38,606 nucleotides of DNA, from contig NC_068994.1 in NCBI RefSeq assembly GCF_001194135.2, forward strand, positions 43,911,694-43,950,299, in the 5' to 3' direction. The DNA is from Octopus bimaculoides. Lineage: Eukaryota. Position 1 is the stretch's first letter, and each line of letters starts with the position of its first letter. The notes under the pieces were generated by a model. It did no database searches. It had not been told where the DNA came from and saw only the letters and a program-made list of their open reading frames with translations. Position numbers and translations under genes: made by a program. This document shows, piece after piece, positions 1 through 11,032 of this stretch.

Positions 1-1
1 A

Positions 2-314
2 CATGAGCCACCCTTAACCACCCCAAAAGCGAGTCTTCATCCTAAAAAAAGTCTTGCTTTGTGCCTGGTGGGATTGGAAAGGAATTCTGTGCTATGAGCT
101 TCTCCCAAGTAACCAGACAATTAATTCTGAGAAATACTGTACACAACTGGACAAGTTACAAGCAGCAATTCAAGAGAAACGTCCAGAATTGGCAAACAGG
201 AAGGGTGTTGTTTTCCAACATGATAATGCAATATCACACGTTTCTTTGGGAACCAGACAAAAATTGCTGCAGCTCGACTGGGATGTGTTACCCCACCCTC
301 CATATTCACCAGAT
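2..314 (+). pseudogene. Mariner (DD34D) transposase fragment, catalytic domain, frameshifted and 3'-truncated
   Basis: Translates HEPPLTTPKASLHPKK, then a +1 frameshift in the A-run 44-50, then VLLCAWWDWKGILCYELLPSNQTINSEKYCTQLDKLQAAIQEKRPELANRKGVVFQHDNAISHVSLGTRQKLLQLDWDVLPHPPYSPD. Contains the mariner HDNA and YSPD motifs. Homology stops abruptly at YSPD, with no LAPSD or 3' TIR. Confidence 0.92.
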
Positions 315-574
315 ACCAATGGATTCTGGAAACTCCACCGACTCCTAAAGTTAAGCTGTGTTACAGTCAAGGTTGTAATGAAAAAGGACAATTATTTTTG
401 AAATGGAATTAGAACTACAAACATCGATCAAGTGAAATACAGACACTCATCAGGTGACTGAGGTAAAAATTCATTGGTTCAGTCAAAATTAACAGATATA
501 TGTGTGCCTGCACGTGATGTGTGTGTGTGTGTGTGTGTTTGTGTTTGTAGGTGTGTGTGTATAATTATATTGAC

Positions 575-770
575 TCAAGACCTGAAACCTTACAGGGGAG
601 TTTAGTCAATTACATCAACTCCAGTGCTCAACTGATATTTAATTTATCGCCCCTTAAAGGATAAAAGGCAAATTCAACCTCAGTAGAATTTGAACTCAGA
701 ACATAAAGATAGACAAAATGACACTAAGCATTTTATCCCGTATCCTAAGAAGTATACCAGCTCACAGCCT
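575..770 (-). mobile_element. tRNA-derived SINE, family B, partial and diverged
   Basis: Homologous to 771-1010 and 37681-37892; on - it reads GGCTGTGAGCTGG...GAGTTCAAATTCT (box A/box B-like). Confidence 0.7.
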
Positions 771-801
<31 letters not shown>

Positions 802-1010
802 CCTTTCTACTATAGGAACAAGGCCTGAAATTTGTGAGAAGGGGACAAGTCGATTTCATCAGCCCCAGTGTTTCAGTGGTATTTATTTTATCAACCCCCG
901 AAAGGATGAAAGGCAAAGTCAACCTCAGCAGAATTTGGACTCAGAGCATTAAGATAGACAAAACTAAGCATTTTGTCCAGCATGCCTACGATTCTGCCAG
1001 CTCACTGCCT
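771..1010 (-). mobile_element. tRNA-derived SINE, family B, near full length with (ATC)n tail
   Basis: On - the head is AGGCAGTGAGCTGGCAGAATCGTAGG...GAGTCCAAATTC, the body is GTTGACTTTGCCTTTCATCCTTTCGGGG, and a trinucleotide tail lies at 771-800. Confidence 0.8.
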
Positions 1011-1018
1011 TAATAATA

Positions 1019-1070
<52 letters not shown>
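1011..1070. repeat. (TAA)n microsatellite
   Basis: Seen directly. Confidence 0.95.
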
Positions 1071-1072
<2 letters not shown>

Positions 1073-1139
1073 TATCATGTATAATTTATATTAGCCCTTG
1101 TGGCCATAAAAGAATAAATTAGTATTATTATAATTGTCA

Positions 1140-1363
1140 TCTTTAGAAGCTAACAAGGAGGATCTCCATGCAACCACCTGTCTTGCTCAAAATAACAACC
1201 ACGTCTCTCTCAAATCACATCCTACCATCTTAAGATAAGAAAGGAAAGAAGACATTAAATGATGTAGTCGTAGATAATCCTAAAAGAAGGACAAGGTGGC
1301 CACTACTGGAATGCTTTTAAACGTAACAGCAGTTTGATCAGGGCTGACCTGGTGTCAAACAAT

Positions 1364-1394
<31 letters not shown>

Positions 1395-1490
1395 GCAATA
1401 ATGACAATCTCTAAGCCATAGATTTGCTCGATCAGGTTTGACCTGGGGCTAAAAACACAACAACAACAGCAACAACAAACACAACAACAA
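1140..1490 (+). mobile_element. Retroposon family G with (AAC)n tail; 3' end locally duplicated
   Basis: GATCAGG..TGACCTGG.G..AAACAA(CAA)n occurs twice (about 1336-1400 and 1429-1490). The body resembles 9020-9248. Confidence 0.6.
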
Positions 1491-1756
1491 TTTTTTTTTA
1501 CAAACTCTCTTATCCAAAACTACATCTCTCTTGAAATCTCCTGCTGCTGTCGGTTGCTATAGAAATGTTCAAATATTCAAATTATATGTTAACTCCGACT
1601 AATCTCATGCAATGATCTCAGTTCTCCAGAATAAGAGAAAATAAATAAACAAACAAACAATGGAATCTATAGCAATTCTTCCTTTCTCTCCTTTAGCAAA
1701 CTTCATGGGAAGAAAGGAATTAACATGCTAACAATTATTTCCTTTTTTTTTTACAT

Positions 1757-1940
1757 AGGTGCATGCATAGCAATGTGGTAAAGAAGTGCATTTTACTAGC
1801 ACAGGATTTCAGGTTCAATCTACCTGTGTAGCAGTTAGGTAAGTGTTTCCGATAATGGAAAACATTTATCGCCCCGGGTCGAACAAAGCCATGTGAGGGA
1901 ATCCAAAAGACCAGGAACTGAAGAGAGAGACTCATTGTAT
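1757..1940 (+). mobile_element. SINE family A, 5' half (tRNA-like head), diverged
   Basis: ATGTGGTAAAGAAG...GGTTCAATC..., TTAGGTAAGTGT..., CCGGGTCGAACAAAGCC matches the other family A heads, followed by (TG)n/(AG)n. Confidence 0.6.
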
Positions 1941-1973
1941 ATTTGTGTGACTGTGTGTGTGTGTGTGTGTGAC

Positions 1974-2005
<32 letters not shown>

Positions 2006-2077
2006 GAAGTGTATGTGTGTGTGTGTGTGAGTATATGTGTATGAGTGTGCATGTGTGTGTATATGTGTGTATACAGA

Positions 2078-2153
2078 TGGATAGTTTTAGATATAGTCAT
2101 ATACATATAGTAAATGTTTACTATATGTATATGACTATACCTAAAACTATCCA
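2078..2153. repeat. 37-bp inverted repeat with 2-nt loop ending at an assembly gap
   Basis: 2078-2114 versus the reverse complement of 2117-2153 differs at one base. Confidence 0.9.
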
Positions 2154-2239
2154 NNNNNNNNNNNNNNNNNNNNNNNNNNNNNNNNNNNNNNNNNNNNNNN
2201 NNNNNNNNNNNNNNNNNNNNNNNNNNNNNNNNNNNNNNN

Positions 2240-2358
2240 ACACAAAAATTACCTTTCTTTCCTTCCCTGAGCATCTGCTAATACTTTTCATGTACCATGT
2301 TCTTGCGTTGTTGCTTTTTCCTTGTGTTTCTTCTTCGTATTTTTGTATTTACTATATA

Positions 2359-2390
<32 letters not shown>

Positions 2391-2637
2391 ACATTTTCAA
2401 AATGTAACCACATGTGGATCGTTGGCGATTTTTTTCCCCTGTCTTCCTTTTCTCTTGGACTTTCCTCTGTCTCCTGTTTCTGACAAAGAGCTTTGCTCAA
2501 AACACAAAAATTACCTTTCTTTCCTTCCCTGAGCATCTGCTAATACTTTTCATGTACCATGTTCTTGCGTTGTTGCTTTTTCCTTGTGTTTCTTCTTCGT
2601 ATTTTTGTATTTACTATATAATATATATATATATATA
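2240..2637 (+). repeat. Direct duplication (~2240-2375 = ~2502-2637) next to a gap, probable assembly overlap
   Basis: ACACAAAAATTACC...TACTATATAAT is repeated identically, starting at the gap edge. Confidence 0.85.
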
Positions 2638-2959
2638 TTTGAATTAAGGGCATTATTATACATAAATGCCTCATGCTAGGAGTGTGACTTAAAGTCAAAA
2701 CTACCATATTATGGTAGTTTTGATTTTAAGAGTCCCTCCAAGCATGAGGCATCTATGTACAGTAATGCCCTTAGTATAAATAAATATTTTTAAGGGAATA
2801 ATTAATAAATTTTTCCCTTATGAGGTTTTTCATGCTAACTACTTGATAATTTCTAATAAAGATTTTATCCTATTTTTAAATTGTAAATATGTATATATAT
2901 ATACATACACGTAGGTATGTATTTGTGTGTGCCTCTATGTGTGTGGGGAGGGCGGTCTT

Positions 2960-3290
2960 TCCATCTTGACATCATTTACTAATTGTAAATACACATCCTT
3001 GTCATACAAACAGTGGTGTTTCTTTGCAATCTGCCATAAAACACGTCTGGTCTAGGACTATGTCTGAACTATGATCATACTTGGAAACAGGTGAGACATG
3101 GCAACAAGAAAAGCATTCAGATGTAATGAAATATTAATCTCAACAAATTATATCTGCCCCATGCAGGCATGGAAAATGGATGCTAAAATAACAATGATGA
3201 TGATGATGACTACGATGACAGCATGACTTGACGGTTATGATAATGATGATGATGATGATGATGATGACAATGGTGGTGGTAGTGGGGATA
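2960..3290 (+). mobile_element. Retroposon family C (RTE-type 3' tail ending GCATGGAAAA..G...(GAT)n)
   Basis: Shares TACTTGGAAACAGGTGAG..GGCAACAAGAA..GCATTCAG and CCATGCA.GCATGGAAAA with 26760-27000 and 31550-31750; ATG-repeat tail. Confidence 0.65.
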
Positions 3291-3477
3291 GTGGTGGTGG
3301 GTATTGATAACCTACATGAAAAATATGTATCAAATCAAGAATCAAATTTTGGTCAAATGAATTAACTTCCATATGGTATTTTTGTTGTTGTTTTGCCATT
3401 GATTAACCCTGTAATCTTACATCATATATCTAATCTCACATTATATTATGCAGCTGTAAATAACATTATACAATATC

Positions 3478-3697
3478 TACCATAACTCAGTATTGTGGTT
3501 CACTGTCCCCTAAATACAACACTACATAACTCAACAATGAGGACCACTGTCCCCTAAATACAACATTCCTATACTCAACACACATTGATATTGTCCCCTA
3601 AATATTACACCAGCATAGCTCAATGATGAAGACTACTGTCCCTTAAATACTACATAACTATAATGTAATAATGATGTCCACACTGTCCCCTAAATAT
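3478..3697 (+). repeat. Degenerate ~45-bp minisatellite, 5 units, core CACTGTCCCCTAAATA
   Basis: Core at about 3501, 3545, 3590, 3634 and 3681; the intervening sequences are related to each other (CATAACTCAA-like). Confidence 0.85.
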
Positions 3698-3712
3698 CTG
3701 TGTGTGTATATA

Positions 3713-3743
<31 letters not shown>

Positions 3744-3839
3744 TACATAAACATGTGCACATATACATGTATACATACATATGTATATATATGACTATGT
3801 CAATATGTATGCATGTGTGTGTGTATATATACATATATG

Positions 3840-3873
<34 letters not shown>

Positions 3874-4171
3874 AGTGTGTGTGTGTGTAGATAAAATAAT
3901 AAAATAATAAAAAATAATATAATGAAATAAATAAATGAAAATCTATCAGCACTTTAAACTATGGCTATCATACAGAAGTGACTTTGCATATTAAAGATTC
4001 TTCTACCACATTAGCTCAGACAGTCAGTGATCTCATCTCACCAAGATTCTCACAATCAGCTACAAAAACTCAATGAACTAATATGATTATGGTTTACAAT
4101 TGAGGTTCAAATATTTCAATAAAACCTCATCTTGTTTATTGATTTTGTTGATTTTGTATTATTATTTTCAG

Positions 4172-4208
4172 ATTAATTGCTTCAGTTACCCCTACACCAC
4201 ATGCAACA
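4172..4208 (+). CDS. Possible small internal exon of an unidentified host gene (LIASVTPTPHAT)
   Basis: Good acceptor TTTTGTATTATTATTTTCAG, but the donor GTACTG is weak. A phase-0 end would join 7106. Confidence 0.2.
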
Positions 4209-4480
4209 GTACTGTATCAATGTCCCACATGAGAAGTGGAGATTTCAATGGTTATTCACAAGCATGTGATTTGTACGAAGAATGAGGACATGCGATGCAT
4301 TGTTGAAGAATGAAAGCCGGGTGGAAAATGTGCCAAATAATGGAACCTGTTGTTGTTGTTGTTGTTGTTGTTATTTAGCACTCCACTCCACAACAGAACA
4401 ACCCTAACCAAATAAACTGACATATGATTAGTAGCACCATTCAACCCATCTTCTTTTAGGAGTATCTAGAACATGATATA

Positions 4481-4521
<41 letters not shown>

Positions 4522-4953
4522 TTATATATAACGATGACCACTAAAGTGGACATTTAATGTGCTAGAAGTAGATCACATGTTGTGTNNNNNNNNNNNNNNN
4601 NNNNNNNNNNNNNNNNNNNNNNNNNNNNNNNNNNNNNNNNNNNNNNNNNNNNNNNNNNNNNNNNNNNNNNNNNNNNNNNNNNNNNNNNNNNNNNNNNNNN
4701 NNNNNNNNNNNNNNNNNNNNNNNNNNNNNNNNNNNNNNNNNNNNNNNNNNNNNNNNNNNNNNNNNNNNNNNNNNNNNNNNNNNNNNNNNNNNNNNNNNNN
4801 NNNNNNNNNNNNNNNNNNNNNNNNNNNNNNNNNNNNNNNNNNNNNNNNNNNNNNNNNNNNNNNNNNNNNNNNNNNNNNNNNNNNNNNNNNNNNNNNNNNN
4901 NNNNNNNNNNNNNNNNNNNNNNNNNNNNNNNNNNNNNNNNNNNNNNNNNNNNN

Positions 4954-4988
<35 letters not shown>

Positions 4989-5289
4989 TGTATCAGAGAA
5001 TGAAAGATGACTGACAAAAAAATTGGGCCAAATGATGAAAGTTGTGATCGTCATCTCTGTCATAGCTCCCCACTCCAGAACAACTCTACCAGTCCATGGA
5101 GAATATCTTCAGTGAAATTTAGCTATTATCTTTAACAAGTCAAGACATGATATAGTGGCCCTGTCATTGGATTGAGGCATTTAAAGTTTGAGCTGTGATA
5201 TTTATTGCATTACAAGCGGCACTAGCTATTATTAGACTTGTTACTGAAGTCAAGTAGGTTTATGACTAGAGGCATTATTCAGCCCATGA

Positions 5290-5412
5290 CCATTCTTTTG
5301 TTGGTTCAAGGCTATAGTAGAAGACACTTACCAAAGGTGCCACACAGTGGAACTGAACACAGAACCATGCATTTGGGAACCAAACCTCTTACCACACAAC
5401 TATGCCTGTGCC
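5290..5412 (-). mobile_element. SINE family A head
   Basis: GGCTATAGTAGAAGACACTTACCAAAGGTGCCACACAGTGGAACTGAAC...CTTACCACACAACTATGCC on +. Confidence 0.8.
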
Positions 5413-5434
5413 TGTCTATACATACACACATACA

Positions 5435-5476
<42 letters not shown>

Positions 5477-6096
5477 CTGATATATGACCTACGTTGGACA
5501 CCTCATTTGCATAATCACCGAACCTGGAGCTTAACTATGGTCTGTCCATAGCACTTACTCAGCATTACCTGATACCTTTGGGTCTTATTGACACCATTAC
5601 CTCTCATAACCCTATATATATATATAATAAATCTCTGAGTGAGGTATATATATACTTTAAATATATATACTTTGACACACTGCATATGCACAGATACACA
5701 CACACATACATACATACATACATACATACACACACATACATGCATGCATACATGTATACATACATACATACATACATACAAACATACATACATACATACA
5801 CACATGCATACATATATACATGTATGCATATACAACTGTATTAAAGTTTGATGGCTTCACACATCCTTGCCAGTCAAAAAAAAAGGTAAAATAAAAAATA
5901 ATTCATCTGGAAAGTAACTTTGCAGCTTTGTAAAATAGAGATCAATAAAATGGATACTAGGAGCAATATGATGAGATAAAAATCTTTGAATGTGGCATTT
6001 CATCTTGATGGCCACATTCCAATGACTGGAATCAGCAAAAAGAATAGATGGAAAGTAAAATCCTAAAAGTTCCTTTTTAGATAACATTTTTTTCAC

Positions 6097-6612
6097 CTTT
6101 TATGCTTGTTTCAGTCTTTTGACTGTGCCTATGCTGGAGCAACAGCTCGGAGAGTTTAGTTGAACAAATCGATCCCCAGTACTTATTTTTAAGTCTGGTA
6201 CTAATTCTATTGTTTCTCTTTTTACTGAACCACTAAGTTATGGGGATGTAAACAAACCAACACCAGTTGTCAAGCAGTGATGGCAGATAAACATAAGCAC
6301 AAAGACACTCATAACTATATACATATATATATATATATATATATGTAACACATATGTATGTATGAATATATATATGTGTGTGTATGTATATGTATATATA
6401 TATATGCATATGTGTGTGTGTATGTATATGTATATATATATACATATGTGTGTGTGTGTGTATGTATGTATATGGCGGGCTTCCCTCAGTTTCCCTCTAC
6501 CAAACTACCAGATCGACTCACAAGATTTTGGTCAGCCCTTGATTGTTGAGGAAGACACAAAGACACTTGCTCAAAGTGCCATGCAGTAAGACTGAACCCA
6601 AGGCCACATGGC
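6097..6612 (-). mobile_element. SINE family A, near full length with internal (TA/TG)n
   Basis: Tail TTGTTTCAGTC..GACTGTGCCTATGCTGG at about 6100-6310, a microsatellite at 6315-6470, and the head half at 6475-6612. Confidence 0.8.
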
Positions 6613-6680
6613 CACCATCACCCAAGGCCACCACCACCACCACCACCTTCTTCTTCTTCTTCTTCTTCTTCTTCTCAAAA

Positions 6681-6804
6681 TGGTATTTATTCTGTCTGGG
6701 GTTTTTTTGCGGATTTATTAGGTTACAGAGATTTAAAACAAACCAACACTGGTTGTCAAGCAGCAGGTGGTGGGTGACAAATACAAACAAATGATACACA
6801 AACA

Positions 6805-6847
<43 letters not shown>

Positions 6848-7050
6848 AACACACACAAACACACACAAACACACATGTACATAATTATGATGGGCTACTA
6901 CACACTTTCCATCTATCAGATTCACTAACAAGGCATTGGTCAGCCCAGTGCTATACTAGAAGACAAATAAATGCCCAAGGTACCACATAGTGGAACTAAA
7001 TCTGGAACCATGTTGTTGCAAACCAACCTTCTTAACCATACAGTCATACC
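6681..7050 (-). mobile_element. SINE family A with internal (CA)n
   Basis: CACTGGTTGTCAAGCAG, then (CA)n, then GATGGGCT...CCCAAGGTACCACATAGTGGAACTAAA...CTTAACCATACAGTC. Confidence 0.75.
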
Positions 7051-7105
7051 AATACCTTTCTTTAAAAGAAATTATAACCACTTTTTGTTTATTTCTTCAC
7101 ACTAG

Positions 7106-7208
7106 TGTCCATTAAATGAAAATGTTTTGCTGCACTTCTGTAACCTGATCACTGATGTAACTCCATGGCACCTCATGGTGGAACTTTGTCAGCAACCAGA
7201 GGACAGAG
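7106..7208 (+). CDS. Candidate internal coding exon of an unidentified host gene (CPLNENVLLHFCNLITDVTPWHLMVELCQQPEDR)
   Basis: Strong acceptor CTTTTTGTTTATTTCTTCACACTAG, an open frame of 34 codons + 1 nt, and strong donor AG|GTGAGA. The sequence matches no repeat family in this window. Phase 1 end matches 9711. Confidence 0.6.
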
Positions 7209-7672
7209 GTGAGATGAAATTTACTGACACTTCATAGTAGATAGTACTATTAAGAAATGAATAAAGATTAAAATCTTACTTAGCTAAGACACTAGTGTCA
7301 TCAAGAGCTAGGAAGAAATATTATGGTCTAAACTGAAGTTCAAACATTCCAATAAAGTTTAACGTATGTGTGAGACTCAGTGTAATTGAACCAGGAAGCA
7401 AACTTTTGACTACATAGCTATGCCTGTGTTTATATTATTAACATTTTTTAATGATATGCATTAGTTGCAGCATACATAAAAAGTTGGAACAGTTTTTACG
7501 TGTTATTAGATGATGTAATAGCTATTGCTTTTATATTTTTTTATTCTTTTATTTGTTTCAGTCATGTGACTGCGACCATGCTGGAGCATTACCTTTTAGT
7601 CAAACAAATCAATTCCACATTATTTACATTATTTACAATTGACAGATATTTGTCCTCATCTTGTTTGTTGTT

Positions 7673-7719
7673 AACACAACATTTTGGCTGATATACCCTC
7701 CAGCCTTCATCAGGTGTTT
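7673..7719 (-). ncRNA. Degenerate type I hammerhead-like motif
   Basis: On -: ACAC CTGATGA A GGCTG-loop-CAGCC AAAAT GTT GTGTT. The expected GAAAC reads AAAAT (two CpG-type transitions), so this copy is likely inactive. Confidence 0.65.
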
Positions 7720-7774
7720 TGGGGGAAATTTCGAACCTGGGTTCTCATTCCTAAGGTATTTTTCAATGTTGTTG

Positions 7775-7816
<42 letters not shown>

Positions 7817-7817
<1 letters not shown>

Positions 7818-7884
7818 GGTCACTGCCTGAAATTGAACTCGGAATCTTGGAGTTAGTAGCCCGCGCTCTTAACCACTATGCCAT
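7817..7884 (-). promoter_or_regulatory. tRNA-like Pol III internal promoter cassette
   Basis: On -: TGGCATAGTGGTTAAGAGCGCGGGCTACTAACTCCAAGATTCCGAGTTCAATTTC, with box A, an anticodon-like loop CT-ACT-AA, and box B. Confidence 0.7.
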
Positions 7885-8268
7885 TTGCCTGTCAATTGTA
7901 AATAATATAAATAATGCACATAATTCCTCATCTCTTAAATATAGAACTGTATAAATCAATTTCAGGACTTATTTTTTAAGCTTGGTACTTATCGGTCTCT
8001 TTTGCTGAACTGCTAAGTTACAGGAATATAAACACACCAACACAGGTTGTCAAGTGATGATGGTGGGCCAAACACAGACACAAAGACATGCACACATAGA
8101 CATATACATATATACGATGGGCTTCTTTCAGTTTATATCTACCTAATTCACTCACAAGGCTTTGGTCAGCCCAGGGCAGTAGTAGAAGACATTTGCCCGA
8201 GGTGCCATGCAATCGAACTTAACCCGAAACCATGTGGTTGGGAAGCAAGCTTCTTTCCACACAGCCAT

Positions 8269-8354
<86 letters not shown>

Positions 8355-9019
8355 CATATATATATTTGTATATATTTTAACATTTTGCTTAGGCATAGCA
8401 ATACTAACAACCTGATGTTAGAACTCAGTATATATATATATATATGTTTCAGAATAAGATATTAGTCAAGTACAGGGCATAATATGAAATTAAATGAATG
8501 ACAAGAGAGTAATTCCTGATCCCCTGTGATTCATATTTCACATGCGTGCGTGTGTATGTGTGTGTGTGTGTGCGTGTGCATGCGTGCGTGCGTGCATGTG
8601 TGTGTGTGTGTGTGTGTGTGTACATAATTATCGTAATTACAAAGCAGAACATGAGAGCAGGAAATGGTCCTCCAGCCTATCTAGGATGATAACACTAAAT
8701 ATGGACTCACTCAATTCATGACAACCGATACAACCCAGTCCAGCATGGAAAGCAAATGTAAAATGATGTTGATAGCAATGAATTACGTTATCACAATTTG
8801 TATTTCTTGTTTAAGATAGTTGAGTGTAATTTGAAGGATATGTGGCTGTTCTTTCTTGCAGTTGAAAGACTATTTTGAGGCTCCCTGTTTGGATTGAGTT
8901 ATGTAAATTAAATCACTTTTTCAATGAAACATAAGATAAAATACACCAGAGTGACAAATGCAATGGAAAGATACAGACAATAAGATTAGCCTCAAAATAT
9001 TACAGGTATTTATATGGGC

Positions 9020-9248
9020 CACAATGAGGGCACCTCCATGTGGTGATTTTGCCATGAAAGAAATAGTAGCTAAATGTCAATCCAATCACACCCACTGTCT
9101 TAAAATAAAGGACAACATATTGGTTAATGTTGTCCTTAGTACCCAAAATGTGGTTTGGTCACCGCTAGAGTTCTTTTTTTTGCTTTGCTCATGCATGTAC
9201 TATGCTCAGTCAAGGTTGACCCGATGCTAAACAACAACAGCAACAACA
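9020..9248 (+). mobile_element. Retroposon family G with (AAC)n tail
   Basis: AAATC.CACCC.ACTGTCTTAAAA...CAAGGTTGACCCGATGCTAAACAACAAC, similar to 1140-1490. Confidence 0.55.
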
Positions 9249-9710
9249 CTATCTAATAATTATTTCATTGACCTTGGATAAATGACAGGGAAACTCAGCC
9301 CCTCTAATGATAGTATCCCAGAAGGCAAAGATATAAAACAAATTACAACAAAGCATTTAGTCTAGTACTCTACATTTTTTTCTTCCTTCAAGTGGAATGA
9401 TACATATTCATGTGTATATATTTTTACATATGGAATAATTCATTTAAAGAATTCAGTTAAATGATTCAGTTAAAGAATTCAGTTAAAAGAAAACGAAAAT
9501 ATACACTAGAATGAATAATATAAGGGTTCCCTCTAAGGACACATGATTAATTTCAGTAGGAACATGAGAATGATTGATATAAGCACACTATATTATAACT
9601 ACTTACTTTATTGGAAAATAAACTGATGAAAAGCAAAGTTGTACTTCAGTATGATTTGAACATGAAACTGAACAGGATGAAGCTAAATACATAATTTAAA
9701 TAAATTTTAG

Positions 9711-9742
9711 CAATCTATGGTGGCAGCTATCTTCATCAGACA
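9711..9742 (+). CDS. Candidate 32-bp coding exon ((A)IYGGSYLHQT)
   Basis: Acceptor TAAATTTTAG and consensus donor GTGAGT. Phase-1 start continues 7106-7208 in frame. Confidence 0.5.
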
Positions 9743-10645
9743 GTGAGTGTTAAGTTAGATATAAGTTCAATATCGTCAGAACAAGTTCAGCATCATCACA
9801 GGTAGTATTATGTCGATACTTCGTGCAGTTGTAAATGAATAAGAGAAGCTTCAAATTATAATTCTTTCCAAAACTTTGTTTCATATACTTTCTATCAAAA
9901 TCAGTTTAAAAAAAAAATTACACCCGTTTAATTTTTAAAAGTTCTCTATCCTACTCTCTCTCCATTCCAGCTTTTATCAATGATCTGACCTAGATTGCAT
10001 TTTTCATTGCATTCATGCATCCAATCAGAGAAAGCCTTTTCTATCACATGAAAAAAACTGATACAGCAAGAACACAACTCCTTAAACCCAGCTTAACTCA
10101 GAACTGAGCCATGATTCGCTTTGTGAGTAAATTGTTAAGTATCTACTATGATAATTATAATCATTAATCATTAATCACTAAATGGTAAAAAGGATGGGAA
10201 ATTTTATGGAAAAAAAGCAACAAAAAAAAAACAGAGCATCACATGATTATAACAAAAGAATATGTTCAAGACAAACAAAATTAAAACTTTCTTATTAATG
10301 TCAAAATATTTTGTGTATAGGCTGCCCACCTCTTATTCTTCATTAAAATATATTTTCTCTGAAACACTTATTGGAAAAACTGAATAAAAAGTACTCACCT
10401 CAAATTTGTCCATAGTAATATTACTAACTTCTTTCACATATTACATTCATAATACAACCAAATAAATATTATATTGTGAACCACAGAACTTATAGAAAAG
10501 GTTATAATGCACATATTAATAAAAAATAGAGATTATCGAAACAACTTATTTTTGGCCAAGAAATTCAATAAATCCTTTCTTAACATTTTATGAAGTTCTT
10601 GGCAATAGAATAGTAAGAACAGTTCCATATATTTTTCATTATCTA

Positions 10646-10688
<43 letters not shown>

Positions 10689-10939
10689 NNNNNNNNNNNN
10701 NNNNNNNNNNNNNNNNNNNNNNNNNNNNNNNNNNNNNNNNNNNNNNNNNNNNNNNNNNNNNNNNNNNNNNNNNNNNNNNNNNNNNNNNNNNNNNNNNNNN
10801 NNNNNNNNNNNNNNNNNNNNNNNNNNNNNNNNNNNNNNNNNNNNNNNNNATATATATTTGAATATTATGCTTTTCTTTCTTCACATAAATGCATACACAC
10901 ATACTTTCACATACACAAATGAAAGTTGATTTTCTAAAG

Positions 10940-11032
10940 GAAAGCTCTGGCAGCACCATCAGACAATATTCAGTTCTGACCAGTGTAATATTGCAGAAGT
11001 TAACAAAAGGCTCCTTCAGAGGCAATCAATAG
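10940..11032 (+). CDS. Possible next or terminal exon (ESSGSTIRQYSVLTSVILQKLTKGSFRGNQ*)
   Basis: Acceptor TTGATTTTCTAAAG; phase 0 matches 9742. It lies in a GC-richer island to about 11280 with AATAAA at about 11285. An alternative exon, 11076-11169, is also open. Confidence 0.25.
   Translation, partial: ESSGSTIRQYSVLTSVILQKLTKGSFRGNQ

Larger units (their letters stand above)
7615..7952 (-). mobile_element. Solo Penelope-like terminal repeat (tRNA-like cassette + (AAT)n + hammerhead) with inverted tail
   Basis: Homologous to 20478-20705. 7621-7643 is inverted at about 7891-7913. 9-bp flanking duplication AAATCAATT (7606-7614, 7953-7961). Confidence 0.8.
7545..8270 (-). mobile_element. SINE family A, interrupted by a Penelope-like insertion at 7615-7952
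   Basis: The tail at 7545-7614 resumes at 7953 (AAATCAATT duplicated); the head ends ACACAGCCATG at about 8270. Confidence 0.85.

Noticed and set aside
2240-2637. Biological tandem duplication
   Set aside because: The copies are identical and start at a gap edge, the usual pattern of unmerged contig ends.
3478-3697. CRISPR-like repeat/spacer pattern
   Set aside because: The context is eukaryotic, the linkers are related to each other, the core is not palindromic, and there are no cas genes. It is a minisatellite.
4172-4345. Read-through frame with TGA next to Cys (YQCPT*...EE*KPGGKC) as a possible selenoprotein
   Set aside because: There is no recognisable selenoprotein family or SECIS, and several stops in ~55 codons are expected by chance.
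5480-5610. GC-richer block between microsatellites, possibly a repeat fragment
   Set aside because: It is single-copy in this window with no ORF, TIR, tRNA or ribozyme motif to support a call.
9750-9891. Minus-strand terminal exon candidate (KYMKQSFGKNYNLKLLLF...)
   Set aside because: It is phase-compatible with 15050 but lies antisense beside the better-supported + strand exon 9711-9742, and an ORF this short is plausible by chance.
10398-10412. ATGGACAAATTTGAG|GTGAGT on - as a start exon
   Set aside because: It is only five codons with a donor-like motif and has no supporting context.
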